Shown: positions 47,445 to 57,560 of the stretch, in pieces
Layout of the letters: every line of letters starts with the position of its first letter
Numbering within the stretch: position 1 is the first letter of the stretch
Origin: Phycisphaerae bacterium
GTDB taxonomy: Bacteria; Planctomycetota; Phycisphaerae; UBA1845; Fen-1342
DNA length: 64,000 bases
Reading direction: 5' to 3'
Assembly: GCA_963675745.2 (NCBI GenBank)
Contig: CAXXWX010000026.1
Coordinates: 352,001 to 416,000 of the forward strand
Translations under genes and position numbers: made by a program
The notes under the pieces: model-generated
What the model saw: the letters and a program-made list of their open reading frames with translations, nothing else
What the model was told of the DNA's origin: nothing
Database searches by the model: none

Positions 47445-48965
47445 TTATGAACCCATCGCGGCCCGGACGACATTCTCCTGCGTCGCCTGGTCGCGGGTCA
47501 ACTCAGTCTGAATCCGTCCGCGGTGCATCACCAGGATGCGATCGGACAAGTTTAGCAATTCTGGCAATTCGCTGGTGATCAGGACAATCCCCAACCCGGC
47601 CGCGGTCAGTTCGTTCAGCAGATTGTATATGTCGGTTTTGGATGCGACGTCGATACCGCGCGTCGGCTCGTCCAGCAGCAACACGCGGGGCTCGGCCAGC
47701 AGCCAGCGCGCGATCAGCACCTTTTGCTGATTGCCGCCCGAGAGTGTGTCAACCTCGGCCTCGAGCGACGGCGCTCGGATTTGCATGCGCTTGATGTATG
47801 CCGCGCTGCGGCGGCGCTCTGTGCGGCCGCTCAGCAGACCAAGACGCGTGCAGCGGTGCAGCGTCGCCAGACTGACGTTTTGCAGGGCTGACATGGGCAG
47901 CACCAAGCCGCTGGCCTTGCGATCGTTGGTGAGCAGCGCCACGCCGGCATCCAGGCAGTCGCGCGGCGATAAGTTCGCCAGCCGACGCCCCCCCACCGTC
48001 ACGCTGCCGCGGCTTAATCCACCATAGCGTCCGAATATCGCCCCCAGCAGTTCGCTGTTGCCGGAACCGACCAGACCACCAAGCCCGACCACCTCGCCTG
48101 CCCGGACCGAGAAACCGGCTGCCTGCACCGCCCAGCGGCTTCCGCCCGGTTCCGCCACCCAGAGATCCTCGACGCGCAGCAGTTCCCGGCCGGGCTCAGC
48201 GACGCGCTTGGGGAAAAACTCGTCGATTGTGCGCCCGACCATCCAGTTGACCAGTTTGTCCAGCGGCAGGTCCTGCGCGGCGGATGTCCCGACGGACTCA
48301 CCATCGCGCAAGACGGTAATGCGGTCGGCAAGCGCGTAGATCTCGTCCATTTTGTGCGAGATGTAGATGATGCTCACACCCACATCGCGCAATTGGCGAA
48401 CAACCGCGAACAGGCGCTGCGCATCGCTTTCGGACAGGGCGCTGGTCGGTTCGTCCATCACCAATATGCGCGCGTCGCGCGACAGGGCTTTTGCAATCTC
48501 CACCATCTGCTGCGTCGCGATCGGCAGGTCGGTGATACGGCGATCAACATCGATATCCAATCCCAGCCGTGACTTGAGGAGGGCGGTCGCGCGGCGGCGC
48601 ATCGCGGCCCGGTCCAGCAGAGCAACTCTCCGTGGCTCGCGCCCCAGGAAGATGTTCTCGGCCACCGTCAGATACGGGACCAACGACAGCTCCTGGTGAA
48701 TGACTGCGATACCCTCGGCCTCCGCATCGCGTGGACCGTCGAATCGCGTGCGACGTCCGTCCAGCGTGATCTCGCCTTGATAATCGGTGTGTACACCGGC
48801 CAGAATCTTGATCAGCGTGCTCTTGCCGGCGCCGTTTTCACCGACCAGCGCGCGAACCTCACCGGGCTCGAGCGCGAAATCGACGTCGCGCAGCACCGTG
48901 ACGCCGGAAAACGCTTTGCCGATGCCGCGCATCATCAGTCGCGGCGTATGCTTCTTACCAGCCAC
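47445..48965 (-). CDS. Sugar ABC transporter ATP-binding protein (RbsA/MglA type)
   Basis: GENGAGKSTL, MDEPTS, YISH, LSGGNQQKV, LDEPTRGIDV. Confidence 0.95.
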   Translation of the reverse strand: MAGKKHTPRLMMRGIGKAFSGVTVLRDVDFALEPGEVRALVGENGAGKSTLIKILAGVHTDYQGEITLDGRRTRFDGPRDAEAEGIAVIHQELSLVPYLTVAENIFLGREPRRVALLDRAAMRRRATALLKSRLGLDIDVDRRITDLPIATQQMVEIAKALSRDARILVMDEPTSALSESDAQRLFAVVRQLRDVGVSIIYISHKMDEIYALADRITVLRDGESVGTSAAQDLPLDKLVNWMVGRTIDEFFPKRVAEPGRELLRVEDLWVAEPGGSRWAVQAAGFSVRAGEVVGLGGLVGSGNSELLGAIFGRYGGLSRGSVTVGGRRLANLSPRDCLDAGVALLTNDRKASGLVLPMSALQNVSLATLHRCTRLGLLSGRTERRRSAAYIKRMQIRAPSLEAEVDTLSGGNQQKVLIARWLLAEPRVLLLDEPTRGIDVASKTDIYNLLNELTAAGLGIVLITSELPELLNLSDRILVMHRGRIQTELTRDQATQENVVRAAMGS

Positions 48966-49180
48966 GCAACACGCCCCATGTCATCTGGCACAGGCCATCA
49001 GCCTGCGATTGGGTCCGCAAGATGCCGGCACCGCACATCGTCGGGCGGCCCCCGACCATCCCGCGCGGTGCCCATTTACGCCGATTGCGGCGGGTGCGTC
49101 AAATCGTATGACAGGCGGACGTCATCGAGGTTAGCCGGACAACTGTCGCGTATCGGCGCGGACGGCTAAACTACGTGGCC

Positions 49181-50107
49181 ATGAGCCATAAGGACCCCTA
49201 CGAGATTCTGGGCGTGAAGCGTGACGCGTCGCGCGATGAGATCAAGCGCGCCTATCGCGTGCTGGCCAAACGCTACCACCCCGACCGCAACCCGGGTGAC
49301 AAGAGCGCCGAGCAGAAGTTCAAGGACGTTCAGGCCGCCTATGAACTGCTGGACGATCCAACGAAACGCGAACAATACGATCGTTTTGGCGCCGGCGGCC
49401 CGATCCCCGACTTTCAGAACTGGGGAGCCGGCTCCGGCACGCCGTTTGGGGGCGATGTTCAGTTTGATTTTGGCTCACTCGGCGATATCACCAGCATCTT
49501 CGAGCAGTTCTTCACACGTCCGGGCCCCTCGGCCCGCGGCGGGCACCGCCGAAGTGCGCGAGCGGCGCGCCGAGGCGCCAACATCGAACACACGATCGAG
49601 GTCACGTTTGAGGAGGCGCTCAGCGGTACAACCCGCGAGGCGCTCCTTTCCGCCGGCCCGGGCGGCAAAAGCGAGCGCATCGAGTTTCATGTGCCGGCGG
49701 GCGTGTACGACGGCCAGCGCATCCGCCTGCGCGGCAAGGGGCAACATGGGGCCGGCGGCCGCGGCGATGTTCTGGTCACCTGTCGTGTGCGTCCCCATCC
49801 AAAGTTCCGCCGCAATGGCGCCAACATACTCGTCGACCTGACGCTCGACATCGTCGATGCCACGCTGGGGGCCAAGGTCGAAGTGCCGACGCCACACGGC
49901 CCGGCCATGGTGACCGTACCCCCCGGAACCAGCTCCGGCGCCAAGCTGCGCCTGCGCGGCAAGGGCATGCCCGCGGCGCGCGGCCGTGAGGCCGGAGATT
50001 TGCACGCGCTGGTCAAGATCGCTGCGCCGCGAGAACTCTCGCCACGCGCGCGCGAACTGCTCGAAGCCCTGCGCGACGAGTTGCGTCAACCCTCTGAGCA
50101 GTGTTGA
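49181..50107 (+). CDS. Class B J-domain protein (DnaJ/CbpA-like, no zinc finger)
   Basis: J domain with HPD, G/F-rich linker, DnaJ C-terminal domain LRLRGKG. Confidence 0.92.
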   Translation: MSHKDPYEILGVKRDASRDEIKRAYRVLAKRYHPDRNPGDKSAEQKFKDVQAAYELLDDPTKREQYDRFGAGGPIPDFQNWGAGSGTPFGGDVQFDFGSLGDITSIFEQFFTRPGPSARGGHRRSARAARRGANIEHTIEVTFEEALSGTTREALLSAGPGGKSERIEFHVPAGVYDGQRIRLRGKGQHGAGGRGDVLVTCRVRPHPKFRRNGANILVDLTLDIVDATLGAKVEVPTPHGPAMVTVPPGTSSGAKLRLRGKGMPAARGREAGDLHALVKIAAPRELSPRARELLEALRDELRQPSEQC

Positions 50108-50116
50108 GGGGCTGGT

Positions 50117-50539
50117 ATGGCTGATCCGCAACCCCAAGTGCGTAGCCGCCTGGCGATTGGATTCGTGTCGGTTGGCGCCCTGCTGGGTGTGTTCCTGCTG
50201 GCGCAGCTCGTCTGGACGCCATCGCCACAGCCCGAGGAGCTGACCGCCGCGTCCCAGCCGGCCACGCCCGATCTCATCACCGAGTCGCGGCGCACGATTT
50301 ACCTGCTCGCCGCCAGTCTCGCGACTCTGCTTGTGTTGACGCTCTTTTTTGTCGGCCTGTACTTGCTGCTGCGTTTTGGGCGCGAGCTTAAACGCCCGAG
50401 CGTCGGAGGCAGGCGCACACCCTACGTTGACATCTGGCGCAGCTATCGTCTGAGTGAAGACGAGATCGCGCGCGCGACACATGAACAACCGGGCGACGCC
50501 CCCGGGGAGGACGATCCACCACCAGGCGTCTCGGAGTAA
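50117..50539 (+). CDS. Hypothetical two-TM membrane protein
   Basis: Two hydrophobic helices; 9 bp after the J-domain gene; SD GAGGGG. Confidence 0.7.
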   Translation: MADPQPQVRSRLAIGFVSVGALLGVFLLAQLVWTPSPQPEELTAASQPATPDLITESRRTIYLLAASLATLLVLTLFFVGLYLLLRFGRELKRPSVGGRRTPYVDIWRSYRLSEDEIARATHEQPGDAPGEDDPPPGVSE

Positions 50540-50547
50540 CCGCCGCC

Positions 50548-52041
50548 ATGGCTGCCAGGAACAAGCCCCGGGTCATCCGCACGCACCGGCTTTCGTCACA
50601 GGAGATCCGCGCGCGCGACGTGGCCGCGCGCACACTCGTATACAGGGTCACTGCGGTCGTGCTCGTTGGCGTCGGCCTGATCGTGGGCGTATTCGTGATT
50701 ACCGGCGCACCGCGGCGGAGCACGCCACAACCAGCTTCGGAAACCGTGTCGCCACCCGACACACCCGCGGCACGATCGGAAACAACCGTCGAACCTCCAG
50801 CTCCGCCGGAGGACGATGAGGCAACCCCCGCGCCTATTCCTGACGAGGCATCCGCCGAGCGCGTGTCCGCCGATGAGGCGGCGCGTCTGCTGGGCGCCGT
50901 GCTGAAGCCTTCTGACACGCTCGGCTTTGAACTGGGCAACGCGCAGGCGGCCCACACCGCCGACGCGCGCCTTTCGGCGGCGCAAAGCCAAGGAGAGTTG
51001 TCCACGGCGACTCAGGTCCGCTATGCCATCCTCGTTGCGTTGCTTGATCAGCCGGCGCGGGCGGCGGCCCTCGCAACTCAGATCGAGCAGGCCGGCGGCG
51101 ACACGGCCCCCTATTACCGAACGCTGGCCCGCCACGCACTTGCAAACCGCGAGGCCGACAGTGCTTTGGAGCTCGCGACGGCCCTGGCCCAGCGCGACGG
51201 CTCGGCCACGACCGCGGTTCTGCTGGCCCGTGCATTCAAGCTCCACGGTGACCTGATATCCGCCGCCGCCGCTGTCGATGCGGCCGGCGCGCTTGATGAT
51301 CTGTCCAGTGCGGACGCGTTACAGCTTGGGTACGTATATGTTGCGCTCGAGCGTTGGGAGGAGCTGCGCGGGCTGTTGGCCGGCCTGCCGCGGACCGAGA
51401 ACGAATCGCTGAAGTTCGAGTCGCGCTTGCTGGCGACGATTCTGCGCGCGGTGGACCGTGAGCCGGCCGAGGCATTGCGACGACTGGACGCGTTGGCCGC
51501 CCTTCAACCACAGCGCTATAACGTGCTGTTGTGGCGTGCCCGCACGCTGGAAATGCTGCCGGACCACAATGCGACGCGTGCGGCTTACGTTGCCACGACC
51601 CAACTGGACCCATCCCGTCCGGAGGCGTTATACCGCCACGGCGTGTTTGAATTGAACATGGGCAACCCCGCCGACGCCATCCGGCTGCTCCGGCGAGCCG
51701 TCGAAAACACACCCGCCTACGCGGACGCGTGGGAAGCTCTCGGGGCGGCCGCCCTGAACGCGGGCAACCGGCGCTTGGCCCTGGAGAGCCTCTCACAGGT
51801 GCTGCGCCTTGATCCGGGTCGTGCGACGGCCCACTTCCTGCAAGCCATTGCCTACGCCAAGGCGGCGCGGCCTGAGCCCACGTTGGACGCGCTAAGGTCG
51901 GCAATAGCGCTCGCCCCGGCACTGGCGGGGCAGGCTTGGCAAACCGAGGCCATTACGACGCTGCTGGCACCCGACGTTCTGGAGGCGGTACTCGGTCCGC
52001 CGCCGGCTGAACCAACCACCACGCAGCCGGCCATGCCATAG
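50548..52041 (+). CDS. Membrane-anchored tetratricopeptide repeat protein
   Basis: N-terminal TM, Pro-rich linker, TPR motifs LDPSRPEALY..G, PAYADAWEALG, LDPGRATAHF. Confidence 0.8.
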   Translation: MAARNKPRVIRTHRLSSQEIRARDVAARTLVYRVTAVVLVGVGLIVGVFVITGAPRRSTPQPASETVSPPDTPAARSETTVEPPAPPEDDEATPAPIPDEASAERVSADEAARLLGAVLKPSDTLGFELGNAQAAHTADARLSAAQSQGELSTATQVRYAILVALLDQPARAAALATQIEQAGGDTAPYYRTLARHALANREADSALELATALAQRDGSATTAVLLARAFKLHGDLISAAAAVDAAGALDDLSSADALQLGYVYVALERWEELRGLLAGLPRTENESLKFESRLLATILRAVDREPAEALRRLDALAALQPQRYNVLLWRARTLEMLPDHNATRAAYVATTQLDPSRPEALYRHGVFELNMGNPADAIRLLRRAVENTPAYADAWEALGAAALNAGNRRLALESLSQVLRLDPGRATAHFLQAIAYAKAARPEPTLDALRSAIALAPALAGQAWQTEAITTLLAPDVLEAVLGPPPAEPTTTQPAMP

Positions 52042-52165
52042 CGCAACCCGAATGCCGAGTACCGGAACCGTCAGGGGGTTGGAGAGGCAACGTACTTCCA
52101 CGTACGCGATAAGATCGGCGTGGTACTGCAGTCAAGCGCGGCATCACTTGCAGGGGAGGCACAAG

Positions 52166-52239
52166 CGCGCCCGGCAGGACTCGAACCTGCGACCTGCGGA
52201 TTAGAAGTCCGCTGCTCTATCCAGCTGAGCTACGGGCGC
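52166..52239 (-). tRNA. tRNA-Arg (anticodon TCT), CCA not encoded
   Basis: GCGCCCGTAGCTCAGCTGGATAGAGCAGCGGACTTCTAATCCGCAGGTCGCAGGTTCGAGTCCTGCCGGGCGCG folds as a cloverleaf. Confidence 0.97.
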
Positions 52240-52772
52240 ATGCCATCGCTTGGTGGCTGATCAAGGTGTCCCGCCGATCCGCAATCGGCCGGCCCTGTGC
52301 GACGCACGCGAGTATACCCGAATTCGGAGGCAACGTGCTGTGGATGCGCTTTGAGCGGCATGCCCGTGGCAACGACCCGATGCCGGTGCCGCGCGGGTGA
52401 GTGTTGATTCCAGCCAGCCGCCGCCGGGTTATTTTCTGGAGGCGTGTCACATTTGCGGCGGAGATGTGAATAGCTGATGAGTCGATCGTGTCGACTCCGG
52501 CAAATGCTTCACTCCCCCAGCGTCACCCGGCACGCCGAACCGCGGGCCGGGTGTTGCTGCGCGCCGCCGCCGACGCTGTGACAGCCGCAAGCGCAACGCA
52601 CTTCTTGCGTCAACACACCGCAAATGTATGATGGAGTGGTATCGTCCGGCACGGGTGACACGGGGCATGTCGGCCGATGCCTTATCTCGGGGTCTCATTC
52701 GTGGATCTCCGACACTCAGTCGGCTGTGCGGGTATTGTGCCATCGCGCCCCGCCCGGCCCAAGGAGGAACCC

Positions 52773-55508
52773 ATGCAGTCCGCGCAGAAGTCCAGCACTC
52801 GCCTGGTTGAGTACCGCAGATTCTCGATGCGACACCGCAGCCGCCGCCGCAGGTTGGCACTGCTGGGCTTGACCACGGTCGTGGCGCTCGGTGGTTGCCC
52901 GCAGTCCGGTAACTCGCCCGGCTCTCCGCGCGATCCAAACCCCACGCAATACTACGATCTGACCATACAAGTCGTGGGCCAAGGGGCGGTGCTGCCATTC
53001 GGTGAGGGCACATCGTCGCACGCCGGCGGGACCGTGCTGAACATCTATGCTGAGGCGTATGAGGGATGGGACTTTTCGCACTGGGAAGGTGATGTTGATA
53101 GCGTAGCCAGTCACCTGGAAGTCGCGATGAACAGCCACGTGACGGTACGAGCGACTTTCACAGAGCAGGAGGGAGGGGCGGCCGATGAGATTCCGGCTGA
53201 TGGCGTCGATCCGCTTGATGATCCGGTCTTCTGGACACTGACGGTTGACGTTGAGGGCGAGGGATACGTCGATGTCGACCCACCCGGCCCCTACCAGGCC
53301 GGTGACGCCACGGAATACCGCGTGGCTGTAACCCCGACCCCGACCGCCTGCTGGCGCTTCCTGGAGTGGCGCGGCGATCACGTTGAGCGGGACGACTTCG
53401 CCACGATCGGCAGCGGTCATGTCTACGTGTCCGGCAACCGCCATATCACAGCCGTGTTCGAGTATAAGGACAGCGACAGCGATGGCACACCCGACTGCAA
53501 TGATGAGTGCCCCAACGACCCGAACAAGACGAGCGCGGGCGAGTGCGGCTGTGGTACGCCGGAGACGGATTCTGACGACGACGGCACGCCCGACTGCAAC
53601 GATGAGTGCCCCGACGATCCGAACAAGACTAGCAGAGGCATGTGCGGTTGCGGCAACCCTGAGACTGACGAATGGTCAGATGTTCTCACGGTCGCGATCG
53701 AGCCGGATGATGGTGGCACCGTTCAATCGGAGATAGTCGCTCAAGGATCGAGCAGTTGGAAAGTCTCGCTGACGCCACAGGCCGGCGACGGCCTTCGATT
53801 CTCGCACTGGCGCTTTGCGAACGAGGGCACTTCAGAGCACGTCCCATACGAGCGATGGATATACGCCTGCGGGACCGCCGATGAGATCACCGCCGTATTC
53901 GTCGACTCGGCCATAACGGTGAACGTGGCTCAACAGCCGGCGTCCGCCGGCGAAGTCAAGCTGTGGATGGATGGCGAGGAGATCCCGCTCCAGCCGGGCG
54001 GTAACACGCTCGAATACGGTGACGCCATATCACTCGAGGCCGTCGATGCCGGGGTGTACACCTTTCATCACTGGACCGTCAATGACACCGATCACTACGC
54101 CAACCCGCTGGAGATAGACCTGGAGGAGAATCTCGACGTCACGGCGGTCTTCAACGCGCAGCCACCCACGATTCACAATCTTGACGCGCGCGATTTTGAG
54201 CCGTACGTCGTGATCTTCTCGATGCGTCTGCGCGACGGTGGCGGGCACGCCATCTGGCAAGGTGTGACGCGGGACATGTTCACAATCGAAGAGCGGCTCC
54301 ACGGTCAGGGCGAGGACGAATATGACGAGATCTCCGTCGAGACGGCCAAGTTTGTCACGCCGGGCAAACAGCTCCCGCTCAAAGTCGTGTTGGTGCTGGA
54401 CTATACCGACTCGATGAAGCAGGCCGGGCATGTCAACACGATGGCCCAAGTTGCCAAGGAGCAGGTCATCGCCAGTCCGAGTTTTACCGGCGCACACCAC
54501 ATGGGATGTGTCGAATTCCATGGTGATGGTGACAGCGAATTCTCTGAATTGGCCCCGTTGCGGCGCATGGACCCGGCAGGCAAACAGGATCTCGCCGACC
54601 GAATCCTGGACGAGAGTGACTACAACTTCGGATTTACCGCCGGCCTGACACGTTTGTGGGACGCGGTCAACCTTGCCCTGGACATGTTGGAGCAGACGCA
54701 GCCCGAGTCAGGAGAAGTCTGGTCGATCATCTTCATGACCGATGGCTGGGACACCAGTAGCAAACGCGACCCGGAAGGTGATCTCTTCCGTCAACGGGTC
54801 ATGAACCAGATCCATAACGGGCTCGACATCGTGCTGTACCCGGTGGGCTTCAATCCGCGCGACGATCACAAGGCCGTGCTGGAGAGCCTGGCGAACGACA
54901 CCCACGGTTTGTACCACGAATGGACGAACGCCGATGAGCTTCAGCAGATATTCGCCCAGATCGTCCAGGATCTTGCCGGCCAGTGGGATCTGACCTACAT
55001 CACCGAGAAGCGCGCCGGCGCGATCGACGCTCGCGTGACATTCGACTACCTGGGCGGCACAGACAGCTTCACGCACAGCTTCGATGTCACCGAACCCAGC
55101 GAGCAGACTGTCAACACCGGCGTAATCCACATTGTCGAGCGCACCGCGGGCGATCGGCCGAACTCGACCAAGTTCCTGCTCAGCGCCTTCTACATGCCGC
55201 GCAGCATTAACAGGCTCAAGTTCCAGCTCGCGGGACACACCGGCATCGGTTTCAACGTTTGGGAAGCCGCGGATGGCGGCGTGCTGGATGGATGGGCGGT
55301 GACCGATGACTCGGTCATTGACATTCGCGAACTCGGCGGACCTGAGCTCGAGATCGGCACGCACGGGTTTATGTGCGAGATAACCGTTGACGGTGATCCG
55401 GCCGCGACAAACCTCAATATCGTCTCGGACGATTTAATCTACGCAGACCCGGACAAACCCAATGAGCCTCATCGGTGGATTCGATTTGAGAACCACTACG
55501 CACCGTAG
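52773..55508 (+). CDS. Large lipoprotein with InlB-B-repeat-like modules, Cys/Asp-rich TSP3-like repeats and a VWA domain
   Basis: SD AAGGAGG; lipobox LGGC; FSHWEGD/FLEW/FHHW modules; two DSD.DGTPDCNDECP.DPNK..G.CGCG repeats; VLVLDYTDSM, TRLWDA, FMTDG. Confidence 0.82.
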   Translation: MQSAQKSSTRLVEYRRFSMRHRSRRRRLALLGLTTVVALGGCPQSGNSPGSPRDPNPTQYYDLTIQVVGQGAVLPFGEGTSSHAGGTVLNIYAEAYEGWDFSHWEGDVDSVASHLEVAMNSHVTVRATFTEQEGGAADEIPADGVDPLDDPVFWTLTVDVEGEGYVDVDPPGPYQAGDATEYRVAVTPTPTACWRFLEWRGDHVERDDFATIGSGHVYVSGNRHITAVFEYKDSDSDGTPDCNDECPNDPNKTSAGECGCGTPETDSDDDGTPDCNDECPDDPNKTSRGMCGCGNPETDEWSDVLTVAIEPDDGGTVQSEIVAQGSSSWKVSLTPQAGDGLRFSHWRFANEGTSEHVPYERWIYACGTADEITAVFVDSAITVNVAQQPASAGEVKLWMDGEEIPLQPGGNTLEYGDAISLEAVDAGVYTFHHWTVNDTDHYANPLEIDLEENLDVTAVFNAQPPTIHNLDARDFEPYVVIFSMRLRDGGGHAIWQGVTRDMFTIEERLHGQGEDEYDEISVETAKFVTPGKQLPLKVVLVLDYTDSMKQAGHVNTMAQVAKEQVIASPSFTGAHHMGCVEFHGDGDSEFSELAPLRRMDPAGKQDLADRILDESDYNFGFTAGLTRLWDAVNLALDMLEQTQPESGEVWSIIFMTDGWDTSSKRDPEGDLFRQRVMNQIHNGLDIVLYPVGFNPRDDHKAVLESLANDTHGLYHEWTNADELQQIFAQIVQDLAGQWDLTYITEKRAGAIDARVTFDYLGGTDSFTHSFDVTEPSEQTVNTGVIHIVERTAGDRPNSTKFLLSAFYMPRSINRLKFQLAGHTGIGFNVWEAADGGVLDGWAVTDDSVIDIRELGGPELEIGTHGFMCEITVDGDPAATNLNIVSDDLIYADPDKPNEPHRWIRFENHYAP

Positions 55509-55604
55509 CGGCTGACACCTGCGCCGTCCGTCGTCACAGCGGAGATCCCCCGCGCGCGCTGGTGTACGGGGCGCTGTGCGCTGCTCAGGAATGGTCCACG
55601 GTGT

Positions 55605-56858
55605 TTATATAACAGATGCGGCGGGCCAGTCGCGCGGGCCGACAGAAAGCAGCAGTCCGTCGCCGGTGATCGGACACTGTTCCAGGTAGCGCGCGATGCT
55701 TTTCTCGTTGACCGCCTCGACCGCGGCGAGGCGTGCGGCGGCCGGACGTACGTACCCGCGCGCTTCGATGTCGTCGATGAGCTGCATCAACCTCGTGCGC
55801 GGATTCTCGCTCTCAAGAGCGAGCTGAGTGCGCCGGCGGTTCGTTACGCGCTCAACCTCGTCGGCACCTACACCGTTTTTCGCTACCAGACGGATCTGCT
55901 CCCGCAGAGCGGTAAGCATCTGCTCGCAGCGCTGCGGCTCACCGTCGGCGTAAAACGCCAGCAGACCGCAATCGCCGTAGGACAGCCACGCGGCACCAGC
56001 GTGTGTGCAAATGCCCTTCTGCACGATGTTCCAATAGCAGCGTGAATTCGCGCCGCCGAAGAGCGCTACGAAAGCGTCGATGGCTTCGTCGTGGGGGCTG
56101 CCTTCGGGCAGGGAAGGATAGACCAGCAGCAACGATTGCTGCTTGAAGCGCGGCAGCGCGTGCGAGCGCACGCCGGTCGGCATCACGTCGGGTGGTCGCG
56201 TGTCAACTGCCCCATTCGTGCCGCGCCGCCATTCGCCACAGTGGCGTCCAACCGCGGCGATGAGTGCCTCGGCATCCACGGCGCCGGACGCCAGCAGGTG
56301 CATGTTGCCTGGCGCGTATCGGCGGCTGTGGTAGTCAATCATGCTCTCGCGCGGCAAAGTCTCGATGGTATCCTGTTCGCCGAGAATCTCATGGGCGAGC
56401 GCGTGGTTTTCGAAGCAGGTCTGGTGCAGGAAGTCGGAAACGCTGTGGTCGAAGCTGTCGCCGGCCATCGCGATCTCTTCGAGCACGACGCGCCGTTCGG
56501 TTTCGAACTCTTCATGCGGAAGCGTGGGCCGCATCATGTCGGCCAGCAGCTCGAGTTGCGCCTCGGCGTGGGCGGCGGGCACCCAGCCGTAGTACACGGT
56601 GTGCTCGCGTCCGGTGAAAGCGTTGTAAATGCTGCCGAGCTGGTCGAAGGCAACGTTGATCTCGCGCCCGCAGCGTTTGGCGCTGCCCTTGAAGCACATG
56701 TGCTCCAGGAAGTGGCTGACGCCGTGCTCCGCGGGTGTCTCGTGACGCGCCCCCGTCCGCACGAGGAACGCGACGGCGGTGGAGCGCACCTGCGGCATGG
56801 TCTCGCTGATGACGTGCAGGCCGTTTGGCAGCAGGTGTTCGGCAAAGCTGGATTTCAT
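55605..56858 (-). CDS. M16 (pitrilysin family) metallopeptidase
   Basis: LPNGL, HFLEH inverted zinc motif, NAFT, ERRVVLEE. Confidence 0.93.
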   Translation of the reverse strand: MKSSFAEHLLPNGLHVISETMPQVRSTAVAFLVRTGARHETPAEHGVSHFLEHMCFKGSAKRCGREINVAFDQLGSIYNAFTGREHTVYYGWVPAAHAEAQLELLADMMRPTLPHEEFETERRVVLEEIAMAGDSFDHSVSDFLHQTCFENHALAHEILGEQDTIETLPRESMIDYHSRRYAPGNMHLLASGAVDAEALIAAVGRHCGEWRRGTNGAVDTRPPDVMPTGVRSHALPRFKQQSLLLVYPSLPEGSPHDEAIDAFVALFGGANSRCYWNIVQKGICTHAGAAWLSYGDCGLLAFYADGEPQRCEQMLTALREQIRLVAKNGVGADEVERVTNRRRTQLALESENPRTRLMQLIDDIEARGYVRPAAARLAAVEAVNEKSIARYLEQCPITGDGLLLSVGPRDWPAASVI

Positions 56859-57147
56859 GGGGGTGATTCTACGCTCAGGCAGGACACGGGCAACAGCGGC
56901 GCGGCGCCGGCTCGCAGGGTAATTGGCGCGGACGGGCGCGCACGGGCAAGGCCGGATAAATCGGGCGCCAGCCCCTTCACAAGCACGGCGGGGAGAGTAC
57001 AGTATGTTGTTGCGGTCTGATAAATCGGCGGTCCCGGCTCGGAGAGCCGGCTGCCTGTGAGCACGACAGGCTTGCGGGTCAACACCGTCGGCGGCAGCGC
57101 TATGTTGGCGCTGCTGGCAAAGCGAGGTTCAAGCAAGGAGGCAATGG

Positions 57148-57231
57148 ATGGCCATTCTAGACTTCATCAGCAGTATTTTTGGCTGGGTGTTTCAGATTCT
57201 CGAGGGAATCCTGGGCGCCTGGTGGGCCTAG
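57148..57231 (+). CDS. 27-aa amphipathic peptide MAILDFISSIFGWVFQILEGILGAWWA (below the ORF-track cutoff)
   Basis: AAGGAGG at 57135-57141, 6 nt before ATG; helical polar/apolar periodicity. Confidence 0.6.
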   Translation: MAILDFISSIFGWVFQILEGILGAWWA

Positions 57232-57560
57232 CGGCCCCGTAGTGGCCCTTTAGCGGTCACACGCGAACAACATGGATGCGTGTGCCTTGTATCGAGGCAC
57301 ACGCATTTTCTGCTTTATGGACGCACTACGTCGCCGCCACACCGCCGGGAAGCTGCATCGACACCGCTCCACAGTCCAGCACGCCAAGCACGCCCGACGA
57401 TCAGAAGTTGACAGTACGCACCTTGAAGGGATACTTTCGCGGGCAGCACCACTGTGCGTCCAGCGGCCGGCCCTTCCAGGGAGTAACGTGCCCAGCCATT
57501 TCGCCAATCCCGTCCGTCCGCGCCCCCGACGCCCTCGGCGAATCGCACCAGGAGAACATC

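Noticed and set aside
52474..52505. Hammerhead ribozyme (CTGATGA followed by the GTCGA/TCGAC stem)
   Set aside because: The required GAAA after stem II is absent (TCCG instead).
52041..52770. Integrative element at tRNA-Arg
   Set aside because: No integrase and no duplicated tRNA 3' end seen in the window.
57144..57242. Alternative small ORF MDGHSRLHQQ... from ATG 57144
   Set aside because: Only 2 nt from the SD and no structural pattern; the ATG at 57148 fits better.
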